From IMG/VR virus record IMGVR_UViG_2721755712_000001: a stretch of 64,000 nt of DNA. One strand, given 5' to 3'. Each line of letters opens with the position of its first letter. The first letter of the stretch is position 1. The DNA is from a virus (taxonomy: Duplodnaviria > Heunggongvirae > Uroviricota > Caudoviricetes). A program made the translations under genes and the position numbers. The notes below the pieces were generated by a model. That model saw nothing but the letters and a program-made list of their open reading frames with translations. It was not told the DNA's origin and did no database searches. Shown in pieces: positions 10,838 to 21,312 of this stretch.

Positions 10838-11039
10838 GTTTTCCTCCATGAAAAGTCAAATCGGGATGGCGGATTTATATCACATTTCACCCTTTTGTTG
10901 TAGGTGTGTACTTACCTATCTATGTATATACCGTTTAACGGCTGTTCAAATTCGTATCTAGTAACTCACTAATATATCCCTATGATTGCGGCTGTGAGAT
11001 CGCATTTTAAACCTCACAGCCATATAAATAATGTCTAAA

Positions 11040-14000
11040 TCAGTTACTTGTTGCCCCAACAGTACCGGCAAATTTCAGCCATTGACCTGACGGACTTCTA
11101 TTACTGCGGTAGTGATAAACGAGGATTGCGTTTGTCACTCCACCGTAATCAGCTTTATGTGACGTTGTTAAACGAATTGTATAATCACCGTTAGGTAGAT
11201 TAAAAACTTCGATTATAGATTCTGCTAATTCTACAGCACCAAATCCCGTTATATTGTTGATACTGCCAGCATTGAATCCCATAGCATCGCCAAAGCCAAT
11301 CCAATATCTTTTGCTAAACGCCCCATTTGATTTAAGGTGGCTAATGAATGTGGACAAACTCATGCCCATATCCCCACCTGAAATAGAGGAAGTTCGCACA
11401 GTCATGCTTGGAAGAGCACTGCTCTTCACATAGGAACTTAGAAGATTCGTTACCTCTGTTTTCGTATAAGCATTAAGGTTAGCCGCAGTCAAAGTAATAT
11501 CGGCAGAGCCATCAAACGCCACACCAGCAATTTTCCTTGCTGTCTGCAATTTTGTGGCGGTTGCTGCATTGCCAGTTGTATTCTGATTGCCAGTGGCATT
11601 CACACCAGGAATGGAGTCCCTTGATGTATATACCTGCGCCCACGCTGACCATGCCGCATCTGTGGTATCTCTTCGTGAGCGAATGAAAACTGGCGCATGT
11701 GCACCGCTCGTACCACTCCAGCCAATAAGCAACTCGCCCTCACCAGCAGCACTCGCACCTTTCATGTGCAATACGTTGCCATACGTGGTCGGGTAGCTAG
11801 TGCTGTACGCCTCGTACATTTGAATGCCAGCAGTGCCTTGAGTAGAGCCGCTTAACGCCGTAACTCGGCCACGAGATACCAATGTATTAATATTGATATC
11901 GCCTGAACCATCAAACTTAACACCATTGATGTTTCTCGCTGTTTGCAACTTCGTAGCAGTAGCCGCGTTGCCCGTTGTATTCTGATTACCTGCCGTATTT
12001 ACACCAGGCAAATTTATGTTCGCAGATCCATCGAAGGCCACGCCGCCGATAGTTCTTGCAGTCTGCAATTTCGTTGCTGTAGCAGCATTTCCTGAAAGAC
12101 TTGAAATAAATGGATGTGAACAGTAATAACCTCGTCCATTTTTAAAGTCCAAAATTATCTGTGCATTCGTACTTTCTGATAAAGGATCAGTTGCCCCCCA
12201 CTTATAAGTGGTTTGACCAACTGCATAATCAGCCGTTGGAACAATTACGTTCAAGCCCTCCTCAGCAAATATCTTGATAGGGAATGCTCTGGCTTCAACG
12301 TAAAATACACTACACAAATCGTCATCTTTCACACTTGAAATAATCGAGTGTATAGCTCGCTCAGCAGTAGAATATATTGAGAAAAAACCAGCCGCATATG
12401 AACCGCGATCAGACCAACCGCCAGGCATAACAAACCCATTAAATTCACAATTATTCATGGCGTATCCGCCAACTGAGGAACCAGTAGTTATCACAACTCG
12501 TGAGGCTAATTCATCGGTACTGCCTCTAGATCGGCGAAAGACTATAGGATACCACTTACCGCTTACTGCATTTGCAGGCGCTGAAAAAGTGTATTTTCTC
12601 ATCCCTTTTTTATTGTCTATTTCGCTTTTGCTGTATACGTCAAGGTTCGCAGGAGTCAGCGTTATGTCCGCAGAACCATCAAACTTAACACCGTTGATTG
12701 TACGCGCTGTCTGTAGTTTTGTAGCGGTTGCAGCATTGCCGGTAGTGCTCTGATTACCAGCCGTATTAACACCTGGCAAATTAATATTCGCAGTACCATC
12801 AAAGCTCACGCCGCCGATAGTTCTTGCCGTCTGAAGTTTTGTAGCAGTTGCAGCATTACCAGTGGTGTTCTGATTACCCGTAGTATTTACACCTGGAAGG
12901 TTGATATTTGCAGAACCGTCGAAACCAACTCCACCGATAGATCTTGCCGTCTGCAATTTCGTTGCTGTACTTGCATTACCATTTAATGTTCCGGTGATAC
13001 CACCAGTAACAGACAACGGACCTGAAACTGTTCCTCCGGTTGTTGGCAGTGCTCCAATATCTAACGGCGTCGGTTTCTGATGTGTGCTATACATCGTATA
13101 AACAACACCATCGGTAACGCTGGAAGGCTTACTCGCTGAATATGTTGGCGATGTATAAATAGAAACTGACGCATTTGCAGTACAATCCCAATGGATATTT
13201 ACACTCGTCGCATAATTGCCAATTTCAACGTAAATATCATATGTATCGCCGGATGTGTTGATCCAGGCGAAATTCGCTAATCCGACAGCTGTACGCTTCC
13301 ACAAAGCACCTGTAATTCCTTTGGGGTTTCCATTGCCTGCTCGTAGAACCAGTTCTGAAATGCCTGCCTGATGTGGGGAACCGACGTTGTAACCAGCGCC
13401 ACCAATCAATGCGATGTAAACGATGGAACTCGCTTGTGGCATGGTAACCGTAGCCAGTTTGAACCACCCTGCCCCGCCAGAGAAAGACATCGTTACTGAA
13501 TTTAAAGTACCAATATCTTTCGGCGTTAATGTGATATCCGCAGTCAGTGCTTTTCCGTTAACTTTTCGGTTAGATGGCACCCTGCTATTCGCATTGTCAT
13601 TGGCTGCTTTAACTGCTTTTGGCGTTGCGGCCAGCGATTCACTGGTGCTGTCGACAGCACTGCTAAGTTTCACAACACCTTTAGTTGTAAGGCTTGCGTC
13701 TTCCATCGCAACTGCACCGGCAATCTCTTCAGCACGATCAGCAGCAGCTTCCGCACGGGTCGCAGCGGATTCAGCAGCAGTTTTGCTCTGAGATGCTGCC
13801 GTCGCACTGCCTGCCGCCTCTGTTGCTTTCGTGGATGCCGTCGTGGCGCTGCCCTTCGCTGCTGACGCCTGTCTGGTCGCCTCATCTTTTGAAGCAGACG
13901 CCGATGATGCCGATGACGCCGCCGAACTGGCGGACGATGCGGCTGCCGTTTTTGAGGATTCTGCACGGTTTTCCGACGCTTTCGCGTTCGTTTCGGATGT

Positions 14001-15068
14001 CTTCGCTGCGGAAGCAGACCTCGCTGCTGCGCTGGCCTGTTCAGTGGCTTGGCCAGCCTTCGTTGTGGCTGTTGAAGCAGACGATGCGGCACTTTCTGCC
14101 GATTTTCCGGCGGCGGTGGCACTGGCTGAGGCCTGCCCGGCACTTGTTGACGCGGCACTGGCAGACGACGCAGCCGCTGTTTTTGAGCCTGCCGCAGCCG
14201 AGGCGCTCTGTCCCGCTGCCGTTTCAGAAGACCTGGCGTTCGTCTCGGACGTTTTTGCCGCCTTCGCGGAATTTCCTGCCGCCGTTGCCGAGGAAGCGGC
14301 ATTACTGGCGCTCGAGGCTGCGCTCGTTTCTGATGATTTCGCTGCCTCTTTTGAGGCCGCCGCATCCCGGGCTGAGGTGGCAGCTTCTGACGCCTTCGTG
14401 GTCGCGGTGGATGCAGAAGTGGCTGCAGATTTTTGTGACGCTGCAGCATTCGTTTCAGATTTTTTCGCAGCAGTTGCACTCGCACTTGCGGCACTTTGTG
14501 AGGATGCCGCAGCGGATGCACTTTGAGACGCTTGAGAGGCTTTTTCTCCAGCGGCATTGGCGCTTTTTGCTGCTGCGGCAGCACTGGCCGCCGCCTCACG
14601 AGCTTTGTCGCCAGCAGCATCAATCGCGTCAGTGTTATTTTTATACCACTCAACGTTTTCGTTGTGCTCGTTGACGATCTGCATTAGCGGCTTAACGGTC
14701 ACTTCTGTACCGTCTTCACGCTCGATTGTCACCTCATCCAGCGCAGTCAACCAACTGCGTATGGACTTGGAATCAGCCGACATACGCGACATTAGCGCAG
14801 TAAAGCGCGCGCTAAACTGTGTTAAGTCGCCTTCATAGGTCGTAATGATTCGGCACGGAACCTCAGACTGAGTTTCGCCGGTATAAGGTTCTGAGAGAAC
14901 AATATTCGTATCGCTTATTACGCGCTTGATCTCGTACAGCTTATTGTCGGGGCCAATGACGATCATCCCCGGCAACACACCATTAGCTGTTACGTTCCAG
15001 GCTGTCCCTGCCCCAACCAGAGTATTGCTACCCTGTGTAAATGTGATAGTACCTTCCCTGTACCACAT
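11040..15068 (-). CDS. side tail fibre protein (lambda Stf-like) with Ala/Ser-rich region and tandem Phage_fiber_2-type repeats
   Basis: 1342 aa; long Ala/Ser-rich tract resembling the lambda Stf conserved region (as recalled); at least 5 copies of GN.ATATKLQTAR.I.GV.FDGS..I.LPGVNT. Confidence 0.85.
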   Translation of the reverse strand: MWYREGTITFTQGSNTLVGAGTAWNVTANGVLPGMIVIGPDNKLYEIKRVISDTNIVLSEPYTGETQSEVPCRIITTYEGDLTQFSARFTALMSRMSADSKSIRSWLTALDEVTIEREDGTEVTVKPLMQIVNEHNENVEWYKNNTDAIDAAGDKAREAAASAAAAAKSANAAGEKASQASQSASAAASSQSAASASATAAKKSETNAAASQKSAATSASTATTKASEAATSARDAAASKEAAKSSETSAASSASNAASSATAAGNSAKAAKTSETNARSSETAAGQSASAAAGSKTAAASSASAASTSAGQASASATAAGKSAESAASSASTATTKAGQATEQASAAARSASAAKTSETNAKASENRAESSKTAAASSASSAASSASSASASKDEATRQASAAKGSATTASTKATEAAGSATAASQSKTAAESAATRAEAAADRAEEIAGAVAMEDASLTTKGVVKLSSAVDSTSESLAATPKAVKAANDNANSRVPSNRKVNGKALTADITLTPKDIGTLNSVTMSFSGGAGWFKLATVTMPQASSIVYIALIGGAGYNVGSPHQAGISELVLRAGNGNPKGITGALWKRTAVGLANFAWINTSGDTYDIYVEIGNYATSVNIHWDCTANASVSIYTSPTYSASKPSSVTDGVVYTMYSTHQKPTPLDIGALPTTGGTVSGPLSVTGGITGTLNGNASTATKLQTARSIGGVGFDGSANINLPGVNTTGNQNTTGNAATATKLQTARTIGGVSFDGTANINLPGVNTAGNQSTTGNAATATKLQTARTINGVKFDGSADITLTPANLDVYSKSEIDNKKGMRKYTFSAPANAVSGKWYPIVFRRSRGSTDELASRVVITTGSSVGGYAMNNCEFNGFVMPGGWSDRGSYAAGFFSIYSTAERAIHSIISSVKDDDLCSVFYVEARAFPIKIFAEEGLNVIVPTADYAVGQTTYKWGATDPLSESTNAQIILDFKNGRGYYCSHPFISSLSGNAATATKLQTARTIGGVAFDGSANINLPGVNTAGNQNTTGNAATATKLQTARNINGVKFDGSGDININTLVSRGRVTALSGSTQGTAGIQMYEAYSTSYPTTYGNVLHMKGASAAGEGELLIGWSGTSGAHAPVFIRSRRDTTDAAWSAWAQVYTSRDSIPGVNATGNQNTTGNAATATKLQTARKIAGVAFDGSADITLTAANLNAYTKTEVTNLLSSYVKSSALPSMTVRTSSISGGDMGMSLSTFISHLKSNGAFSKRYWIGFGDAMGFNAGSINNITGFGAVELAESIIEVFNLPNGDYTIRLTTSHKADYGGVTNAILVYHYRSNRSPSGQWLKFAGTVGATSN

Positions 15069-15090
15069 GTTGAATATGCTCCTTGATTTG

Positions 15091-15109
15091 GCGGGCTATC
15101 CTTGCCCGC
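15091..15109 (-). terminator. GC-rich hairpin between gene J stop and fibre gene start
   Basis: GGCGGGC-N5-GCCCGCC on the minus-strand transcript, between a class II motif and the fibre RBS (AAGGAG); no clear U-tract. Confidence 0.35.
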
Positions 15110-15112
15110 CAT

Positions 15113-15133
15113 TAAGTAATTACTTACCTATTC
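15113..15133 (-). promoter_or_regulatory. class II motif (TAAGTAATTACTTA palindrome; minus-strand ATAGGTAAGTAATTA) upstream of fibre gene
   Basis: One of ~11 instances of an ATAAGTA/TACTTAT inverted-repeat family placed 15-60 nt upstream of minus-strand gene starts. Confidence 0.45.
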
Positions 15134-15161
15134 TTACCGATATAAAATTTTTTTTCCACCA

Positions 15162-18100
15162 TCACAGACGGCCAATTCTTACTCGTAAGACGTTGTTATC
15201 GTCATAAACGTCAATCCGCTGACCATTTATAACCAATCGCCCATTGCCGCCGCTATTACCGTTGATCTCAAGCGTTCCATTTTTGCCGAACCGCCATCCA
15301 GATCTACCGCTAACAAAATTGGTAGATTGCAGATCGCCTACTTTTGCATTGGTGATTGTGCCATCCTTGATATACGCTCCATTCATATAGGCGATACTGT
15401 TTTCGATAACAAATGGCGTTGTGATCTTCCCGTTAACAGAGTTGACCAAACCAAACCTGTCCGCCTGAACCAAAAACTGAGATAGCCCAGTGGTGTCAAT
15501 ACCAAGCGCAATACCGGCAACATACTTCTGCCCTCCGCTCGTTGAAGTCTCCATTTTCAACGTCCACGCGGTTGATACTTTTTTGTTGGTATCAGCAATA
15601 GCTGTTGCCTGCTGTTGAATTGTCGCGGTATTTCCATCCACCTCTGCTTTCAGAGTATCGATTCGCCCACTCAGAGCATTATCTGCCTGCGTTCTCGCTG
15701 TCGTTTCAGTTGTTACCGCCGCGGAAATGTTGGCTGCCGTTTGAGACTCTAAGTTTGTGATTTGAGTCGCCAGTGCCGCATCTTGCTCTGTACGCGTTTT
15801 CGTTTCGGTTGCTACAGCCGCTTTAATATCCTCTTTGTATTGAGAGGTCAGCTTGGTGATCTGAGACGACAACGCCGAGTCAGCATCAGTTCGAGCCTGC
15901 GTTTCAACTGCAACGGCCGCACTAATATCTTTCGCAGTCTGTGCTTTTAAACTTGAAACCTCTTTTGTTAAAGCGGTATCACCATCTGCACGAGCCGTTG
16001 TTTCTCTGGCAAGAGATGCCTCAAGATCATTAGCTTTTGCTGTAAGAGACGTAATCTGAGTGGACAATGCACTATCGGCATCAGTCCTTGCTTTTGTCTC
16101 TACAGCAACCGCTGCGGCAATATCAGTTCCGGTTTGTGCTCGCAGGCTGTTAATTTCTCGTGAGAGCGCCTGGTCAGCACTTGCTCTGGCCTCCTGCTCC
16201 TGAGTGATGGCAGCGGATATATCACCGTCAACCTTTGACTGAAGCTGGTTTATTTGTTTGGCTAACGCAGAGTCCCCGCTTGCTCGGGCCTCCTGCTCAC
16301 TACGTATTGCAGCAGAAATATCATCATCAACCTTTGCCTGAAGTTGGGTGATCTGGCTTGCCAGAGCCGAATCTTCCGTTGCTCGGGCTTCTTGCTCTTC
16401 CTTAATAGCTGCGACGATATCGTTGCTTACTTTCGACTCAAGCTGAGTGATCTGTGTCGTCAGAGCTTCATCGGCAGATGTACGAGCCTCCTGCTCTGTA
16501 CTAATCGCCGCGCTGATATCTCCTTCAAACTTAGATTGCAGCTGAGTGACACGCTTTGCCAACGCTTCATCGCCATCGGCACGAGCGGTGGACTCTTCCA
16601 GAATACTGGCCTTAATGTCTTCGCCAATTTCTACGCGAATTTCCTCAACCTTCGTGGCCATTGCAGACATATCATCAGCAAAGGTTTTCTGTGTTGTTGC
16701 GATCTTCGCGTTATTGACCATCTGCTTGTGCTGGTCTTCATCTTGACGAAGAGCCAGGTCAATATTTGTTTTGGCCAACGCCTCAATGTTCGTAGTCAGT
16801 TCTGCACTGGCACGATCGACCTCTGCAACCGTCTTTTTCATTTCTTCAACGGCAGCGGAGCTTTCCTCTACCGTTGACTGCAACACTTCCAGTTGTTTAG
16901 CGTTTGCAGCATCGCCTTCAACACGAGCCTCGCTTTCCTTAGCAATAAGAGCCGCCGCTTCATCTCTTGCAGCCTTTATTGCCTCGACTGTATTAGCGAG
17001 AGCTTTATCGTGTTCAGATACGGTGTTTTCGATTTCAACAATTGCAGCATCAGTAGCATCAATTTTTTCAAACGCTTCATTGACCTTGTCGATCGTTGCC
17101 GAAACCTCACCTTTAAGCTCGGTTTGTGCGTTCTCCAAAGCATCGCTACGCTCGTTGAATTTTATTTCAAAATCCGCGAGGTTATCGCTGAACTGCTTAT
17201 CTAATTCAGCTATATCTTCCTTAACGTCGTTTACCGACCCCTCCAAAGATTCGACGCTCTGGTTGATATGCTCATTTAACTCGTCAACTGCTTCTTGAGA
17301 GGCTTTGCTGTTGATGTCCTCAAGCAGAGCCTGACCAAGCTCGGAAGATGTAATTTTGCCAGTCAGGAACGACAGTACATCGCGAGTTGTCGCCTCTGTA
17401 CCCAAGTTTGAGTTCGGAGGACTTAACATACCTCGCTTGTTCGATGCTCGAACCCAGTAATACCACGTTTCGCTATCCCCAAGACCAGCATGTGTAAAGG
17501 TGGTGCTTGCAGACTCTGCGATCAGTTTCGCCGTATCCAGATTGTTGGTCTGGGATGCGTAAACATTAATGTGATCAAGGTCCACCGAATCTGGATTAAC
17601 CCAATTCAGTATCACATTACGATAGTCTCCAACGGCCGTTAATGACGTTGGTGCATCCGGCGGTGTCATTGTGCCCAGCACCTGATAAACGGTACTGATA
17701 ATTTCTGTTTTTTTACCGTTGAATGAAACCGCATACAGTTGGAAGTCGTAGCGTCCATTCTCCGCGACATTAACGATTTCGTATTGCTCTTCGGTTACAC
17801 GCGCCGATTGCCAGTTCGATACATTGTTTTCATCAGAACGTCGCCAACTGATCCAATACTCTGGAGATTTCCCTTCCCATGTTGCAGTCAGTTTTACTGA
17901 CAGGTTGCCAGGGCTTGAGAGATAAGTCCCTTCGGTGATTTGCAAATTAGACGGCTTGGAGTAAGTCGGGTCCAATACCGTCGTATTTTGCGGGATAAGC
18001 GTTGCACCATTGTCGATCGCCTCATATTTAGACGGATTGTTCTCAACAGCGGTGATGTCAAAGCTACCCGGCGTTTCCCCCTGCGCGATGTTAACGATGC

Positions 18101-19895
18101 GAACGCGCATAGGTTCGAGGTCTGGTTCTGTAATAGTCCAGACGCCGTTCAAAACAGGCGTTTCAGCCGAAGACAGGGATTTTGAAAACGTAACTTTTGT
18201 TATATTTTCGCCAGTTTCAAGAACATCGCGTTCAACGATTTTGCCTTCCTGATTCAGTATTCGAATAAAGCAGCCGCCTTTGGCTAACGACACCGGCGCA
18301 TCGAGTGTGACGCTGTTTTTGGTAAACGCCACAATTCGACCTGAGTTACGTTTGCCTGCGCGATATTTGTTCTGAATCAGAACGGTTTCACCAGGCATCA
18401 GAAATGACGCGTCTAAGCCGGCAGTAAATGTAATTACATCCGACTCCATTCTGGCGGTATATAAAAGCCACAAACCAACTCGGTGAGCCTGCCCTCGGCT
18501 TGTACAGCCAAATGCTACGACTTCTGTCTTACGCTCACCATAACGGCGCATTGCGTCCTGATCTTCAACGTACTCGATGTTTTGCTTATAACCGTCCTCC
18601 TTGTTGTTGTAGGTTACGAGCGCAACGGATGGGCGATCTTTACGCGCAGAACCTTTATAGGTAAACAATCCATCTTTGACGTTAGAGTTGGTAAACATCA
18701 TTACCGGATCTGATGGGCTATCCTGCATGATGTTAACCATCCCACCAGCCCAAAACACCATGCCGCGGAATGCTCCAGCAATATCCTGAATTAGTCGGTA
18801 TGCGTCCTGTCGACTGGTGATCTGCGTATTGATTGCAAAGCGTTTCTCTTTGCCACCAAAGCCATCATCGACCTCTTCGTCACAATATCGACCAATCTGG
18901 TACAACTGGCCAAGGTCAATCATAGATTCCGACACATACTGACCAAGGCCATATCGAGCATTGGTCAGCAAATCAAAGAGAATCCACGCGGGGTTCGAAG
19001 AAGACAACAGCTTAAAAGTGCCATCCCATACCCCAGCGTAAGTGTTACTGGACTCGTTATAGTTTGAAGGTACTCGAATTTTTAGGCCACGCACCAGATA
19101 AGAGCGAGATGGCATGGTGCTGCCGAATTGCTCAGAGTTTACCTTCAATCCAACTAAAACAGAGTTTGGATAGTTCATCGGTGTATCGACAATTTCCCCG
19201 ATTGAATCCACCCATGTATCGTTATAGAGATACTGGCTACTGTTATCATCGGTAATACGGACTACACGAACCTTGTATGCGCGTCCAGGCTTAGGCAGCT
19301 TCAGCTCGTAGCTACGGTAATAAACGCCGGTCTTCTTTGCTGTTAGCTTAATGCCAACGCTTTTTTCACCTTCCGCGACCACATCTACAAATGTTGAGTC
19401 GCCATTTGCTATCTGGAACTTGTACTCAACAGTCGTACCGTTCGTGTCACCAGTTTTTTTATCTATGCTTCGCAAAGAAGGAAACTTCATGATGACACGA
19501 ACCCGATCAGCTTCATCGTTATCGATTGAAACCGTTACATAATGTGTTTTTTTTAACTGGATATTGACGGATTTAGGCGTTTCAACGAAATCAAAGCCAG
19601 ACATTGGAGTTTGGTCTTGCGAACCGTCGCGAAAATCCCATGTGATTCCGCTGAAGTTGGAGGAACCGTCTTCATTTACAATCGGCAGATCGTCGATAAA
19701 AATAGATCTTGCGCCATTTACTAAGCCGCCAATTACCCCTTCCCCAAGAAGATCGAGGATAGCGGCCATTGCACGAGAATTTACGGTATCGTCGGCTTCA
19801 ACCGGTGTACGGCTGGAGCTTTTGCTGCTTTTTTTACCACCCGCACCGGCAATAAACAGCGGTAGCTTTTTCTTCTTGAACTGTTCCATGTTCAA
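15162..19895 (-). CDS. host specificity / central tail fibre protein (lambda gpJ-like)
   Basis: 1577 aa; follows gpI-like gene in lambda order; long block of ~30-aa coiled-coil-like repeats (EQEARxxADxALxxQIxxLxSKVxxDIxAAI). Confidence 0.8.
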   Translation of the reverse strand: MNMEQFKKKKLPLFIAGAGGKKSSKSSSRTPVEADDTVNSRAMAAILDLLGEGVIGGLVNGARSIFIDDLPIVNEDGSSNFSGITWDFRDGSQDQTPMSGFDFVETPKSVNIQLKKTHYVTVSIDNDEADRVRVIMKFPSLRSIDKKTGDTNGTTVEYKFQIANGDSTFVDVVAEGEKSVGIKLTAKKTGVYYRSYELKLPKPGRAYKVRVVRITDDNSSQYLYNDTWVDSIGEIVDTPMNYPNSVLVGLKVNSEQFGSTMPSRSYLVRGLKIRVPSNYNESSNTYAGVWDGTFKLLSSSNPAWILFDLLTNARYGLGQYVSESMIDLGQLYQIGRYCDEEVDDGFGGKEKRFAINTQITSRQDAYRLIQDIAGAFRGMVFWAGGMVNIMQDSPSDPVMMFTNSNVKDGLFTYKGSARKDRPSVALVTYNNKEDGYKQNIEYVEDQDAMRRYGERKTEVVAFGCTSRGQAHRVGLWLLYTARMESDVITFTAGLDASFLMPGETVLIQNKYRAGKRNSGRIVAFTKNSVTLDAPVSLAKGGCFIRILNQEGKIVERDVLETGENITKVTFSKSLSSAETPVLNGVWTITEPDLEPMRVRIVNIAQGETPGSFDITAVENNPSKYEAIDNGATLIPQNTTVLDPTYSKPSNLQITEGTYLSSPGNLSVKLTATWEGKSPEYWISWRRSDENNVSNWQSARVTEEQYEIVNVAENGRYDFQLYAVSFNGKKTEIISTVYQVLGTMTPPDAPTSLTAVGDYRNVILNWVNPDSVDLDHINVYASQTNNLDTAKLIAESASTTFTHAGLGDSETWYYWVRASNKRGMLSPPNSNLGTEATTRDVLSFLTGKITSSELGQALLEDINSKASQEAVDELNEHINQSVESLEGSVNDVKEDIAELDKQFSDNLADFEIKFNERSDALENAQTELKGEVSATIDKVNEAFEKIDATDAAIVEIENTVSEHDKALANTVEAIKAARDEAAALIAKESEARVEGDAANAKQLEVLQSTVEESSAAVEEMKKTVAEVDRASAELTTNIEALAKTNIDLALRQDEDQHKQMVNNAKIATTQKTFADDMSAMATKVEEIRVEIGEDIKASILEESTARADGDEALAKRVTQLQSKFEGDISAAISTEQEARTSADEALTTQITQLESKVSNDIVAAIKEEQEARATEDSALASQITQLQAKVDDDISAAIRSEQEARASGDSALAKQINQLQSKVDGDISAAITQEQEARASADQALSREINSLRAQTGTDIAAAVAVETKARTDADSALSTQITSLTAKANDLEASLARETTARADGDTALTKEVSSLKAQTAKDISAAVAVETQARTDADSALSSQITKLTSQYKEDIKAAVATETKTRTEQDAALATQITNLESQTAANISAAVTTETTARTQADNALSGRIDTLKAEVDGNTATIQQQATAIADTNKKVSTAWTLKMETSTSGGQKYVAGIALGIDTTGLSQFLVQADRFGLVNSVNGKITTPFVIENSIAYMNGAYIKDGTITNAKVGDLQSTNFVSGRSGWRFGKNGTLEINGNSGGNGRLVINGQRIDVYDDNNVLRVRIGRL

Positions 19896-19906
19896 AAAAT
19901 CCTTGT

Positions 19907-20500
19907 TTACATTAGCTGGTCAATCGTGATTGAAGAACTCACAACCTGTGAGCCAACCAGAATTTCCTCGCCATAGATAAGTTGTACTGGGTTGCCCTGG
20001 TTTTCTGTATTTTGAGGGCCGTCGAAATAATAAGAGTTCGAGTTATCTGCCTGTCTCACACTTTCGTTAGTGGCTTGCGGCGATATGATTTGTGATATGC
20101 CGCCCATCATCAGTGACAAACCGAGAGGTGCTAAAGCAGGCATCACTACCGCCGATACAACCAACAAAGCGGCCCCTACTACCGTCTGAAACCACCCAAA
20201 AGCAGATCCACCGCTTCCTCGCGGAACAGGTGTAATGCGGATTTTGGCAATGTTGTCAGACTGCCCCATCATCTGATATTCACTTTCGTCAACAGACCAC
20301 TTGTGGCCCTGTTTATTGGTGATCTGGATGTGGTAACGGTCATAGGTTTTGATATTGCGCTTCATCCATGCTTTAAACCCAGGCTTGTTGGCCTCAATTA
20401 AATCCAGAGCCTGTTTTGTATTGCGCACCTTTAGATGCCAGTGGCGGCCAAAATGTTTGGCCATAGGGCCGCCAAGCTGCACATGAACTAACTCAGACAC
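19907..20500 (-). CDS. tail assembly protein (lambda gpI-like)
   Basis: 197 aa; C-terminal LIYGEEILVGSQVVSS resembles lambda I C-terminus as recalled; hydrophobic central segment; position between K-like and J-like genes. Confidence 0.7.
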   Translation of the reverse strand: MSELVHVQLGGPMAKHFGRHWHLKVRNTKQALDLIEANKPGFKAWMKRNIKTYDRYHIQITNKQGHKWSVDESEYQMMGQSDNIAKIRITPVPRGSGGSAFGWFQTVVGAALLVVSAVVMPALAPLGLSLMMGGISQIISPQATNESVRQADNSNSYYFDGPQNTENQGNPVQLIYGEEILVGSQVVSSSITIDQLM

Positions 20501-21312
20501 GTCTCATCTCCCTTGAGCAAGTCTCTGTGACGCAAGTGATGCGTCGTATGTTTCTGATACATTCCGCCGTAATAAGCACGACAACTAAGGCGGTCGATCT
20601 GGTGATGAAGAATCATTCCATCGCCGATATAAACCGCGCAGTGGTCAGGCATTTTCCCGTATTGGATAAAGAAGATGTCCCCACGTTGAGGCTCTGTTCC
20701 GGGCGCAAGACGCACCAATCCCTCGTTACGGTAGTTCTGATCGAGAATGTCGTTATCGCCGGTGTACCACGATGGAATATGCAGGTGTGCGTTCGGGTTT
20801 AGTTCGACGTTAAACTCACGCTTCAAATAGTCCCGACACAACATCCAGCAATCGAATACGCCAAATACATACGGTCTGCCCAGGTATGGCATTTCGAAAC
20901 CATCAGGTGTGATCACATTCATCTCGCTAAAATGGAAAGGGGCATCTCCCTCAACATTCTTGCGAATAGCCAGAATCATCCACGGAACTTCCGTCGCTTC
21001 GCAGCCTGCACGATCGGCATCAGATGCTTCTGCTGATTCATCAGTATGTGAATGCCAGATTGCGATAACATCACCCGCATCCTCTGCCGCCATAATGTCG
21101 TCAACGTGCATTACAAAAGTGTTCTGCGGGTTCTCCGAAACATTCCGCGCTTCCATAAAGCGATATTTGTCGCCATTAGTTCTAACCAGAAAGCCACACG
21201 CTTCATTAGGGTAGCGATTTATGGCGCAGAGATAGATTTGCTGCATAACGTCAGAGCCAAGCTCAGGGATTGCTTTATTACCCATACCGCGTAGCTCCAA
21301 TAAATCCGCCAA
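20488..21312 (-). CDS. tail assembly protein (lambda gpK-like; JAMM/MPN + NlpC/P60 domains)
   Basis: JAMM motif EACG...HSHTDESAEASDAD, then a Cys/His NlpC/P60-like region (GVFDCWML...H). Confidence 0.8.
   Translation of the reverse strand: MADLLELRGMGNKAIPELGSDVMQQIYLCAINRYPNEACGFLVRTNGDKYRFMEARNVSENPQNTFVMHVDDIMAAEDAGDVIAIWHSHTDESAEASDADRAGCEATEVPWMILAIRKNVEGDAPFHFSEMNVITPDGFEMPYLGRPYVFGVFDCWMLCRDYLKREFNVELNPNAHLHIPSWYTGDNDILDQNYRNEGLVRLAPGTEPQRGDIFFIQYGKMPDHCAVYIGDGMILHHQIDRLSCRAYYGGMYQKHTTHHLRHRDLLKGDETCLS

Noticed and set aside
13670-14674. Three long overlapping ORFs (13670..14653 minus, 13694..14674 plus, 13831..14526 plus) rich in Arg/Pro/Gln or Ala/Asp
   Set aside because: They lie inside the Ala/Ser-rich low-complexity part of the tail fibre gene; alternative-frame translations of GC-rich repeats, with no start context, so not separate genes.
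15762-17298. Several plus-strand ORFs (for example 16344..16877, 16771..17298) inside the gpJ-like gene
   Set aside because: Antisense to a very long confidently assigned structural gene; Ser/Cys/Phe-rich low-complexity products typical of reverse-frame artefacts.
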